DNA of 64,000 nt from Pseudomonadota bacterium. Its GTDB lineage: Bacteria > Pseudomonadota > Alphaproteobacteria > Rhodobacterales > Rhodobacteraceae. Positions 56,565 to 64,000 of this stretch are shown here, one piece after another; the stretch's first letter is position 1, and each line of letters begins with the position of its first letter. Position numbers and translations under genes: made by a program. Where the stretch lies: positions 15,044 through 79,043 of the forward strand of contig JBCBAC010000010.1 of assembly GCA_038532735.1 (NCBI GenBank), written 5' to 3'. The notes under the pieces are model-generated. The model did no database searches, was not told the origin of the DNA, and saw only the letters and a list, made by a program, of their open reading frames with translations.

Positions 56565-58313
56565 ATGAGCGATACTCCCGACAGCGGCTATCAAGTCCTC
56601 GCCCGGAAATACCGGCCTGAGACCTTTGCCGATCTGGTGGGTCAGGACGCCATGGTCCGCACCTTGAAAAACGCGTTCGAGGCGGACCGGATTGCCCAGG
56701 CCTTCATCATGACAGGCATCCGTGGGACGGGCAAAACGACCACCGCGCGGATCATCGCGAAGGGGATGAATTGCGTTGGGCCGGATGGTAATGGCGGCCC
56801 CACGACCGAACCTTGCGGGGTCTGCGAGCATTGCACCGCTATCATGGAAGGCCGCCATGTCGACGTGATGGAGATGGACGCGGCCTCCCGCACCGGTGTG
56901 GGCGATATACGCGAAATTATAGACAGCGTGAACTACCGCGCGGCCTCGGCCCGCTACAAGATTTACATTATTGACGAGGTTCACATGCTCTCAACCAGCG
57001 CATTCAACGCGCTGCTCAAGACGCTGGAAGAACCCCCCACCCACGTGAAGTTCATCTTCGCCACGACCGAGATTCGCAAAGTGCCGGTGACCGTGCTGTC
57101 GCGCTGCCAGCGTTTCGATCTGCGCCGGATCGAGCCGGAAGATCAGATTGGCCTGCTCCGCAAGATCGCCACGGCTGAGAACGCCGAGATCACCGACGAC
57201 GCGTTGGCCCTGATCACCCGCGCTGCAGAAGGCTCCGCCCGAGATGCGACCTCGCTTCTGGATCAGGCGATTAGCCATGGGGCGGGCGAGACAACGGCTG
57301 ACCAAGTCCGCGCGATGCTGGGTCTGGCCGACCGTGGCCGCGTGATGGACCTGATTGATCTGATCATGAAAGGCGATGCCGCAGGCGCTCTGGCCGAGCT
57401 TTCGGCGCAATATGCCGATGGCGCCGACCCGATGGCAGTGCTGCGCGATCTGGCTGAGGTCACCCATTGGGTCAGCGTCGTGAAGATCACACCCGACGCC
57501 GCCGAAGACCCGACGATCAGCCCTGATGAGCGCACACGCGGCCAGGCCATGGCTGAGGCGTTGCCGATGCGGGTGCTGTCGCGCATGTGGCAAATGCTTC
57601 TCAAAGCGCTGGAAGAGGTCGCCGCCGCCCCAAACGCCATGATGGCCGCCGAAATGGCGGTGATCCGCCTGACCCATGTGGCCGATCTGCCCACACCCGA
57701 AGAGCTGGTGCGCAAGCTGGGCGACACGCCTCCCCCGCCGCCCGGCGGTGGAGGAGGTGTTGCACCTCAAGCAGGCGGAACAACGATGGCGCAGGGCACA
57801 CCTGCCCCGACCCATAGCGCCCCGCGGGGTCCCGTTGCCTCTGCCGCGCCTGCAATCGCCGTGGAAAGCGAAAACGCGCTTGCTCGCTACGCCCGCTTCG
57901 ATCAAGTGGTCGAGCTGATCCGCGCCCATCGCGACGTGAAACTGCTGGTCGAGGTTGAAACAACCTTGCGCCTTGTCAGCTACTCCCCCGGCCGGATCGA
58001 GATGGAGCCGACCGAGGCTGCCCCCCGCGATCTGGCCCAGCGCCTTGGCGCAAAGCTGCAAGCCTGGACAGGCGCCCGCTGGGCCGTCTCCGTCGCCGCC
58101 GGTGGTGGCAAAACCATTGCCGAGGTCCGCGACGCCGAGAAACTCGCGCTGGAAGAAGAAGCAACGCAACATCCACTGGTGCAGGCCGTTTTCGCGACCT
58201 TCCCAGGCGCAAAAATTACCGAAATCAGAACCCCAAAAGCCAATGAGGCGGAAGCCGCCATCGACGCCCTCCCCGAGGTCGACGAAGAGTGGGACCCGTT
58301 CGAGGAAGATTAG
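56565..58313 (+). CDS. dnaX: DNA polymerase III subunits gamma/tau
   Basis: 582 aa. Walker A GIRGTGKTTTARI, zinc module CGVCEHC, and a Pro/Gly-rich linker. Confidence 0.97.
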   Translation: MSDTPDSGYQVLARKYRPETFADLVGQDAMVRTLKNAFEADRIAQAFIMTGIRGTGKTTTARIIAKGMNCVGPDGNGGPTTEPCGVCEHCTAIMEGRHVDVMEMDAASRTGVGDIREIIDSVNYRAASARYKIYIIDEVHMLSTSAFNALLKTLEEPPTHVKFIFATTEIRKVPVTVLSRCQRFDLRRIEPEDQIGLLRKIATAENAEITDDALALITRAAEGSARDATSLLDQAISHGAGETTADQVRAMLGLADRGRVMDLIDLIMKGDAAGALAELSAQYADGADPMAVLRDLAEVTHWVSVVKITPDAAEDPTISPDERTRGQAMAEALPMRVLSRMWQMLLKALEEVAAAPNAMMAAEMAVIRLTHVADLPTPEELVRKLGDTPPPPPGGGGGVAPQAGGTTMAQGTPAPTHSAPRGPVASAAPAIAVESENALARYARFDQVVELIRAHRDVKLLVEVETTLRLVSYSPGRIEMEPTEAAPRDLAQRLGAKLQAWTGARWAVSVAAGGGKTIAEVRDAEKLALEEEATQHPLVQAVFATFPGAKITEIRTPKANEAEAAIDALPEVDEEWDPFEED

Positions 58314-58322
58314 GAGAACAAG

Positions 58323-58667
58323 ATGTTCAAAGGATTAGGAGCCATGGGCGACATGGCCAAAATGATGAAAGCCGCGCAGGAAATGCAAGGCAAGATGGCC
58401 GAGCTGCAGGAAGAAATGCACAATATGATGGTTGTCGGCGAAAGCGGAGCTGGGCTGGTGAAGGCCACCGCCTCCGCCAAAGGCGAGCTTAAAGCGCTCG
58501 ATATCGACCCATCGATCTTTTCGGGCGATGACAAGGAAGTGGTAGAGGATTTGATCCTCGCCGCGATCAAGGACGCGCAGCAAAAAGCCTCTGACAAGGC
58601 ACAGGAAGAGATGGGCAAGCTCACCGAAGGCATGGGCCTGCCTGCTGATATGAAGCTGCCCTTCTAG
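58323..58667 (+). CDS. ybaB: nucleoid-associated protein YbaB/EbfC
   Basis: 114 aa. MMKAAQEMQGKMAELQEE and the GLVKATASAKGELKALDIDPS pattern. Confidence 0.95.
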   Translation: MFKGLGAMGDMAKMMKAAQEMQGKMAELQEEMHNMMVVGESGAGLVKATASAKGELKALDIDPSIFSGDDKEVVEDLILAAIKDAQQKASDKAQEEMGKLTEGMGLPADMKLPF

Positions 58668-58670
58668 GCA

Positions 58671-59267
58671 ATGGCCAACGCGCCCAGCGATATCGAAGCG
58701 CTGATCGAGATGATGGCCAAGCTGCCCGGGCTTGGCCCCCGGTCTGCGCGCCGGGCCGTGCTACATATGATTAAGAAGCGCGCACTTTTGCTGACGCCAC
58801 TGGCCGATGTGATGCAAGCGGTTGCCGCCACCGCGCGCGAGTGCCTGAATTGCGGTAATGTTGGCACGCGCGATATCTGCGAGATTTGCGAGAGCGAAAA
58901 GCGCGCAAACGGAGAACTCTGCATCGTTGAAGATGTTGCTGACCTCTGGGCGATGGAACGCGCGCAGGTCTTCAAAGGGCGCTATCATGTGCTGGGGGGC
59001 ACGCTTTCTGCCTTGGATGCCATCGGCCCGGATGAGCTTCGTATCCCAAAACTGATCGACCGCGTCACATCCGAGGGGATCACCGAGGTTATCCTTGCGC
59101 TGAACGCGACCATCGACGGGCAAACGACAGCCCATTATATCGCCGATCAGCTTGAGCATCGGGTGACCGTCACCTCTCTCGCCCAAGGCGTGCCAATCGG
59201 TGGCGAGCTAGATTATCTCGACGACGGCACGATCACCGCCGCCCTCAAAGCGCGCAAAGGGTTCTGA
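58671..59267 (+). CDS. recR: recombination protein RecR
   Basis: 198 aa. [11 protein letters not shown] HhH motif, C4 zinc finger CLNCGN...CEIC, and a Toprim domain. Confidence 0.97.
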   Translation: MANAPSDIEALIEMMAKLPGLGPRSARRAVLHMIKKRALLLTPLADVMQAVAATARECLNCGNVGTRDICEICESEKRANGELCIVEDVADLWAMERAQVFKGRYHVLGGTLSALDAIGPDELRIPKLIDRVTSEGITEVILALNATIDGQTTAHYIADQLEHRVTVTSLAQGVPIGGELDYLDDGTITAALKARKGF

Positions 59268-59280
59268 GGCCTGGATTTTT

Positions 59281-59373
59281 AGGTATTTAAAGACAAAAGA
59301 AGCTGGCAACTGCGCGTTAAGGTTAACGCGCCACCTTCCCCTTCTTTTGTGCAAAAATACCTCCCGCCGGAGG
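59281..59373. repeat. nested palindromic intergenic element (copy B); likely bidirectional terminator
   Basis: Arms AGGTATTTAAAGACAAAAGAAG (59281-59302) and CTTCTTTTGTGCAAAAATACCT (59341-59362) flank the core GCGCGTTAAGGTTAACGCGC (59312-59331), which is identical to 11227-11246. It is followed by the mini-hairpin CCTCCCGCCGGAGG (59360-59373). It lies between convergent genes. Confidence 0.7.
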
Positions 59374-59395
59374 CGTCAACATCGCTCAAAAGCGA

Positions 59396-60541
59396 CTACG
59401 CTGCCAATGAGGCGGCCAACGACAAAGCTGGGTTAACATCGCCCAACACAGCGCGCCCACCGAGACGCCCTAATTCGTCGCTGTTCTTGGCCCCGCGCCC
59501 ATTCCCACCAACAGCCACAGCAATGCGATCGCCCAGCTGGTCGATAATCGGGTGATGCGTCAGGGTGTAAGTCGTCACGCAAGGCTTGATGTGGGTCGAG
59601 AGTACCTCGAGCCCCGGCATCCGGTCATGGATATGTGCTGTCAGCATCTTGCCGACTTCCGGATCACCACCCGACTGGAACCACGCGATCCGATCTGCAT
59701 GGCTTTCCAGCTTAACATCGACAACATCGCCACCCAGCTTCAGATAGGTTTTGCCATCCGGATAGCGGATCGGCGGCAAAAGATAAGGATCCTCGCCCCC
59801 CGGCCCAAGATAGATCATCGACGGCTGATCACACAGGCGCGCAGCTTCCTTAGCGGAGACCTCGAACAGCGCCACAGTGCGGGCATAGACGGCCAGCGGC
59901 AGCGCATTTTGAAGAAGGCCATTGGTAAAGCCACCCGCCGCAATCAGAACCTTATCAGCGCGAAGCTCCTCTGATCCAAGACGGAGGATCACGCATTCAG
60001 GCGTTTCGTCGAGCCCGGTCACTTCCGCATCAATGATCCGCCCGCCGGCTTGCTGGACGGCAACGCCTTGCGCACGCACCAAATTACGAGGGCTGATGTA
60101 GCCAGCGTCTTGGGCTTCGAAATACCCAAGCGTGCCGGGATCAAATCGAAAAAATGGAAAACGCCCTGCAAGGGCAGCGTCCTGCATCCGCTCGCAGGGC
60201 ACCTGATCGCGTGCAGCGGTTTTACCGACCGCAGTGATCCCTGCACTGCCTTCCGGCCCGACCATCAACGTGCCTGCTTCGGTGTAAAACGATACGCCCG
60301 TGGCCTCCTCCAACCCCCGATACCGGGCAATCGATGCGCGGGAGACCCTGCTCCAGAACGGGCGTTGATCCATACCGCGCGTGATCCGGCCTTCGTCGTA
60401 ATGACTGGCGAACACACCAGTATGGCGAGTATAATCCGCAGGCTCTGACGGACCGATAAGCGTGACTTTGTAACCTTCTTCCGCGAGGTGACGCGCAGCG
60501 GCAGAGCCGATCAAGCCACGTCCGATTACTGCAATCTGCAT
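59396..60541 (-). CDS. FAD-dependent oxidoreductase (DAO/sarcosine-oxidase-like)
   Basis: ORF trimmed to ATG 60541 (MQIAVIGRGLIGSAAARHLAEEGYKVTLIG, a dinucleotide-binding fold). Confidence 0.85.
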   Translation of the reverse strand: MQIAVIGRGLIGSAAARHLAEEGYKVTLIGPSEPADYTRHTGVFASHYDEGRITRGMDQRPFWSRVSRASIARYRGLEEATGVSFYTEAGTLMVGPEGSAGITAVGKTAARDQVPCERMQDAALAGRFPFFRFDPGTLGYFEAQDAGYISPRNLVRAQGVAVQQAGGRIIDAEVTGLDETPECVILRLGSEELRADKVLIAAGGFTNGLLQNALPLAVYARTVALFEVSAKEAARLCDQPSMIYLGPGGEDPYLLPPIRYPDGKTYLKLGGDVVDVKLESHADRIAWFQSGGDPEVGKMLTAHIHDRMPGLEVLSTHIKPCVTTYTLTHHPIIDQLGDRIAVAVGGNGRGAKNSDELGRLGGRAVLGDVNPALSLAASLAA

Positions 60542-60612
60542 AGGCGCTCCCACAAAAAAACGGGCGCGCCGTGTGGCACGCCCGCTCAGCATTGCGCTAG
60601 ATTTGGTAACGA

Positions 60613-61359
60613 TCAAGCCTTGTCGTCGTCGCCGTCTTTATCATCTGGCAGATTGAAGAAGCTGTCGGCATCCGGCACGTCTTCTTCCTTCTCTTCCTCG
60701 ACATCCGTATTGAGCGTAAAGGTCTCGAGCCCCGAAATTGCGGTCGGGATTTTAGGCTCGCTTTCCATACCCAAGGACTGCTCGGTCGACACGAGCTTAC
60801 GACGCTCGTCATCGCTCATCACCTCGCCGTCACGCGCTTTCTTGGCGGCGGCCTTCTGAACAGCCGCATCCAGTTCGGATTGCTTGCACAAACCCAACGC
60901 AACCGGATCAATCGGCTGAATGTTCGAGATATTCCAATGAGTACGCTCACGGATCGCCTGAATCGTCGGCTTCGTCGTGCCGACCAGCTTGCTGATCTGA
61001 CCATCTGTCAGCTCTGGATGGAACTTCACGAGCCATAGGATCGAGGCTGGGCGATCCTGACGCTTGGAAAGCGGCGTGTAGCGCGGCCCACGGCGCTTTT
61101 CCTCGCCCACAGCCGCAGCGTTGAACTTCAGTTGAAGCTTGACCAACGGATCTTTCTCAGCCGCTTCGATGTTTTCCTGCGTTAGCTGATTATTGGCAAT
61201 GGGATCAAAGCCTTTCACCCCGGCGGCCACATCCCCGTCGGCGATGCCTTGCACTTCCAGCTCATGCAAACCGCAAAAATCGGCGACCTGCTTGAAGGTC
61301 AGTGTCGTGTTATCGACCAGCCAGACAGCGGTCGCTTTAGCCATAATCGGTTTGCCCAT
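60613..61359 (-). CDS. DUF1013 protein (alphaproteobacterial TrcR-like) with an acidic tail
   Basis: 248 aa, strong AAGGAGAG RBS. The N-terminus MAKATAVWLVDNTTLTFKQVADFCGLHELEVQGIADG is typical of DUF1013. Confidence 0.85.
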   Translation of the reverse strand: MGKPIMAKATAVWLVDNTTLTFKQVADFCGLHELEVQGIADGDVAAGVKGFDPIANNQLTQENIEAAEKDPLVKLQLKFNAAAVGEEKRRGPRYTPLSKRQDRPASILWLVKFHPELTDGQISKLVGTTKPTIQAIRERTHWNISNIQPIDPVALGLCKQSELDAAVQKAAAKKARDGEVMSDDERRKLVSTEQSLGMESEPKIPTAISGLETFTLNTDVEEEKEEDVPDADSFFNLPDDKDGDDDKA

Positions 61360-61495
61360 CAGGTCTCTCCTTAAATCTTTGCGCGAATCACGCCTTCCTT
61401 GGCGCCTGAATGACGGTTCCGGGGTCGGAACGGGTTCGCATTGTCGGGGAACTTGCAGCGTATATAGTCAAGCCTGTGCAAAGAGGGAAGAGCGA

Positions 61496-62125
61496 ATGCG
61501 ATTTGCGCTGATACTGGTTTTGCTTGCGGGCATGGCCCGCGCGGAAGGCGAACGCGCAGGCGTTTTTGATTACTATGTTATGGCGCTCAGCTGGACACCC
61601 ACATGGTGCGCGCTGGAAGGGGACGCGCGCGGTTCAGATCAATGCGACGCCCGCCATGAACATGGTTGGACGCTTCATGGCCTCTGGCCGCAATATCACC
61701 GAGGCTGGCCATCTTACTGCCGCACGCCCCACCGGTCCCCCTCCCGCAGTCAAACCGGGGCGATGGCCGATATCATGGGCAGCGGCGGCCTGGCGTGGCA
61801 CCAATGGAAGAAACACGGCGTCTGCTCCGGGCTTGATGCCGCGGCGTATTTTGATCTGTCACGGGACGCTTACGCCAGTATCACCCGGCCGCCCATCTTC
61901 CAAAAACTGACCGACCCGATCAAGCTGCCCGCAACGGTCGTGGAGGAGGCGTTTCTCGAAGCAAACCCGGCGCTGGAACGCGACATGATCACGATCACCT
62001 GTCGGCAAGGCCGCATTCAGGAAGCGCGAATCTGTCTGTCCAAAGAGCTCCAACCGGTTCCCTGCGGCCAAGATGTCGTGCGTGACTGCAAAATGTCCGA
62101 CGCGTTGCTGGAGCCAGTCCGCTAG
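61496..62125 (+). CDS. ribonuclease T2 family (RNase I-like), secreted
   Basis: ORF trimmed to ATG 61496 (signal MRFALILVLLAGMARA). CAS I WTLHGLWPQ and CAS II HQWKKHGVC motifs. Confidence 0.88.
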   Translation: MRFALILVLLAGMARAEGERAGVFDYYVMALSWTPTWCALEGDARGSDQCDARHEHGWTLHGLWPQYHRGWPSYCRTPHRSPSRSQTGAMADIMGSGGLAWHQWKKHGVCSGLDAAAYFDLSRDAYASITRPPIFQKLTDPIKLPATVVEEAFLEANPALERDMITITCRQGRIQEARICLSKELQPVPCGQDVVRDCKMSDALLEPVR

Positions 62126-63102
62126 ACCTTCAGCACGATCTTCCCGATATGTGTTGAGCTTTCCATATGCGCATGCGCCTTTGCAGCATCTTCCAACGCA
62201 TAAGTACTGTCCATCACAGGCGCCACACGACCTGCAGCCAGCAAAGGCCAGACTTGCGCACGAAGCGCCTCTGCAATCCGCGCCTTGGCCAAATCGCTTT
62301 GCGGGCGCAACGTGGCTCCAGTGATCGTCAGACGGCGCATCATGACATGGGCAAAGTTCATCTCGACTTTGGGGCCTTGCAGGAAAGCGATCTGCACCAG
62401 CCGTCCATCGTCAGCCAAGGCTTTAATATTGCGCGGGATGTAAGACCCGCCGACCATATCGAGGATCACATCCGCACCACCCTCGCCGCGCATTACTTCA
62501 ACAAAATCGGCATCCCTATAATTGATCGCCCGCTCTACCCCCAAAGCCACGCAAGCGGCGCATTTCTCATCCGATCCAGCTGTGGTGAACACCCGTGCGC
62601 CAAACGCGCGGGCCAGCTGAATGGCGGTTGTCCCGATCCCGCTGGAGCCCCCATGCACCAGAAAGCGCTCCCCCGCTTGCAAGCCACCGCGCATGAAAAC
62701 GGTCGACCAGACAGTGAAGAACGTCTCCGGCAGGCAGGCCGCCTGATCAAGCGGCATCCCGTCCGGCACGGGCAGACAATGGGCAGCAGGGGTAGCGACG
62801 TATTCGGCATAGCCACCACCAGGCAGCAACGCGCACACCGTGTCCCCCACCGACAGATCGCTGACCCCGGCCCCCACCGCATGCACAACGCCCGACGCCT
62901 CAAGCCCCGGCAGATCACTTGCGCCTTTGGGCGGATCATAAAGCCCTGCGCGCTGTAACGCATCCGGGCGGTTCACCCCGGCATAGGCGATCTTCAAGAC
63001 CACCTCGCCCGCGCGCGGATCGGGCACCGGACGCTCTGTCAGGGTCAAGACCTCCGGCCCGCCGGGTTTGGTAATCTCAACTGCACGCATCATCTGGGCC
63101 AT
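62122..63102 (-). CDS. NAD(P)H:quinone oxidoreductase (zeta-crystallin/PIG3-type MDR)
   Basis: ORF trimmed to ATG 63102 (AAGGACAGG RBS). AYAGVNRPD and VHGGSSGIGTTAIQLA motifs. Confidence 0.9.
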   Translation of the reverse strand: MAQMMRAVEITKPGGPEVLTLTERPVPDPRAGEVVLKIAYAGVNRPDALQRAGLYDPPKGASDLPGLEASGVVHAVGAGVSDLSVGDTVCALLPGGGYAEYVATPAAHCLPVPDGMPLDQAACLPETFFTVWSTVFMRGGLQAGERFLVHGGSSGIGTTAIQLARAFGARVFTTAGSDEKCAACVALGVERAINYRDADFVEVMRGEGGADVILDMVGGSYIPRNIKALADDGRLVQIAFLQGPKVEMNFAHVMMRRLTITGATLRPQSDLAKARIAEALRAQVWPLLAAGRVAPVMDSTYALEDAAKAHAHMESSTHIGKIVLKV

Positions 63103-63130
63103 GAACCTGTCCTTGCCAAAAACCGCCACC

Positions 63131-63187
63131 CCGCTTTCGCAGGCTTCGCTTTTGTCAAATATCCCGGAGTTTGAGGCAGCGCCTCAA
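63131..63187. repeat. repeat-family arm plus a short hairpin upstream of the quinone oxidoreductase gene
   Basis: CTTCGCTTTTGTCAAATATCC (63144-63164) matches the repeat arm. The 7-bp hairpin TTGAGGC-AGC-GCCTCAA (63171-63187) follows. Confidence 0.45.
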
Positions 63188-63219
63188 TAAAATATAAAAA
63201 TGCGCCGCAGGCGCGCTAC

Positions 63220-63552
63220 TTGATCCTGATGATCATAGTTTCGTTCATTGTTAATTTGGTCGTACTCGTGCCACTGCTCATGGCGTTTGCGGGGCAAAGC
63301 GATGCGATGACCTCTGCCTTCGGGCCTAATACAGACGCGCGGCGTATTCTGATCGCTGTCTACGCCGCCATTGCACTTCTTTCGGCAGCTGGTTTAGCCC
63401 TGATCGCAATCGGACACTCCCAAGCGGCAACGACCTTGGCAGTTGGGCTCTTCTCGGTACAGGTCGTCTATAAACTTCTGACCGTTTTTCTGATTGGGCT
63501 ATCCAGCCCGTTGTCCTCACAAACCTCGTTGTGGTGGCCGTGCACGCCGTGA
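63220..63552 (+). CDS. small polytopic membrane protein, probably frameshifted near its 3-prime end
   Basis: 110-aa ORF (TTG 63220 or ATG 63229) with three TM helices. A fourth TM-like segment (PVVLTNLVVVAVHAVTLISMLM) continues in another frame as far as TAG 63582-63584. Confidence 0.5.
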   Translation: MILMIIVSFIVNLVVLVPLLMAFAGQSDAMTSAFGPNTDARRILIAVYAAIALLSAAGLALIAIGHSQAATTLAVGLFSVQVVYKLLTVFLIGLSSPLSSQTSLWWPCTP

Positions 63553-63606
63553 CGTTAATCAGCATGCTGATGCAATCAAGCTAGGTTGCATCCCCATAGA
63601 ATTGCA

Positions 63607-64000
63607 TCATGATCGCGGCTCCGTCCATACACCCGGCACATCCGTGCGCACCATGCGCGATGGCGCTTTAACACGGCTCAGAGCCCAGTTCGGACCGGCC
63701 AACAACTTGGATAACACCGGACTGTCCTTCACCTGCGCTTTGACCTTCTCGATCTGCATCACATTGTCGATGCGCCGATCCAGAAATTCCCAGGTCGCCT
63801 GGTTCTCAAGACTGTCATCGCCCAACCAGAACAAGACGGTCGCGCCATAAACACCCGCAAGCGTGCCGCGCTTGGTGTACCAGTTCACATCATCAGACGT
63901 GTCGCCCAAAGTGTCCCAGATCAGATCAACCGTGCCCCAGACCAGCTTGGCCCCGTCGCCTGCCAGATGCGGCAGCGCGAAAAGCGTTGAACCGCGGCGC
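63607..64000 (-). CDS. COQ9-family (ubiquinone biosynthesis accessory) protein, partial; 5-prime end lies beyond the window
   Basis: The frame stays open upstream of the listed TTG 63909 to the window edge (...FALPHLAGDGAKLVWGTVDLIWDTLGDTSDDVNWYTKRGTLAGVY...). WYTKR and FLDRRIDNVM are typical of bacterial COQ9-like proteins. Confidence 0.65.
   Translation of the reverse strand, partial: RRGSTLFALPHLAGDGAKLVWGTVDLIWDTLGDTSDDVNWYTKRGTLAGVYGATVLFWLGDDSLENQATWEFLDRRIDNVMQIEKVKAQVKDSPVLSKLLAGPNWALSRVKAPSRMVRTDVPGVWTEPRS

Noticed and set aside
56991-58172. A 393-aa ORF antisense to dnaX.
   Set aside because: It is a shadow ORF inside a gene with an unmistakable DnaX sequence, has no RBS, and its product has an Arg/Gly/His-rich composition.
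56565-58313. A programmed -1 frameshift site in dnaX (E. coli-type A AAA AAG).
   Set aside because: Reading the gene by eye, I did not see an AAAAAAG heptamer or an obvious downstream stem-loop. The gamma subunit, if it is made at all, would arise by another route. This is a visual scan only.
1-64000. A CRISPR array, IS element, prophage, integrative island or known defence system anywhere in the window.
   Set aside because: I noticed no array of regularly spaced direct repeats. I saw no transposase, integrase, recombinase or phage structural genes, and no defence-type domain combinations. The only repeats are the short palindromic intergenic elements reported above.

Overview
High-GC (roughly 60 percent by eye) chromosomal segment. 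Gene content, synteny and a SAM/SAH-type metK leader point to a Rhodobacterales (roseobacter-group) alphaproteobacterium. I support about 75 CDS, one tRNA (anticodon CAT), one SRP RNA (ffs), one riboswitch, two clean hairpin terminators and a recurring intergenic palindromic repeat family. Most of the window is conserved housekeeping: aroA-cmk, trmB-metK, lnt-corC-ybeY-phoH...miaB, irr/fabA-fabB-fabI, hemC/hemE/hemF, clpS, yejABEF, pheA, nudC and ffs...dnaX-ybaB-recR. I saw no CRISPR array, transposase, integrase, phage gene or recognisable defence system. I cannot point to one clear-cut new system. The best leads are: (1) an AraC-led chain of nine translationally coupled small genes (374-4835), including a micro-ORF missing from the ORF track; (2) a nested-palindrome repeat family with a conserved about 22-nt arm and a 20-nt identical core; (3) a pair made of a Tat-exported dioxygenase-like protein and a ferric-reductase-like membrane protein, arranged like MsrPQ; (4) an ankyrin-repeat gene wedged between ffs and dnaX, with ffs and its promoter overlapped by the upstream CDS; (5) two envelope proteins sharing an uncharacterised Cys-containing domain that interrupt the miaB-phoH cluster; (6) a five-gene coupled operon that mixes HAD, alpha/beta-hydrolase, PLP-dehydratase and EEP enzymes. 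All family assignments come from reading the translations and from memory, because no searches could be run. Where I trimmed ORF-track starts, I used start/stop overlaps, RBS motifs and expected N-termini.
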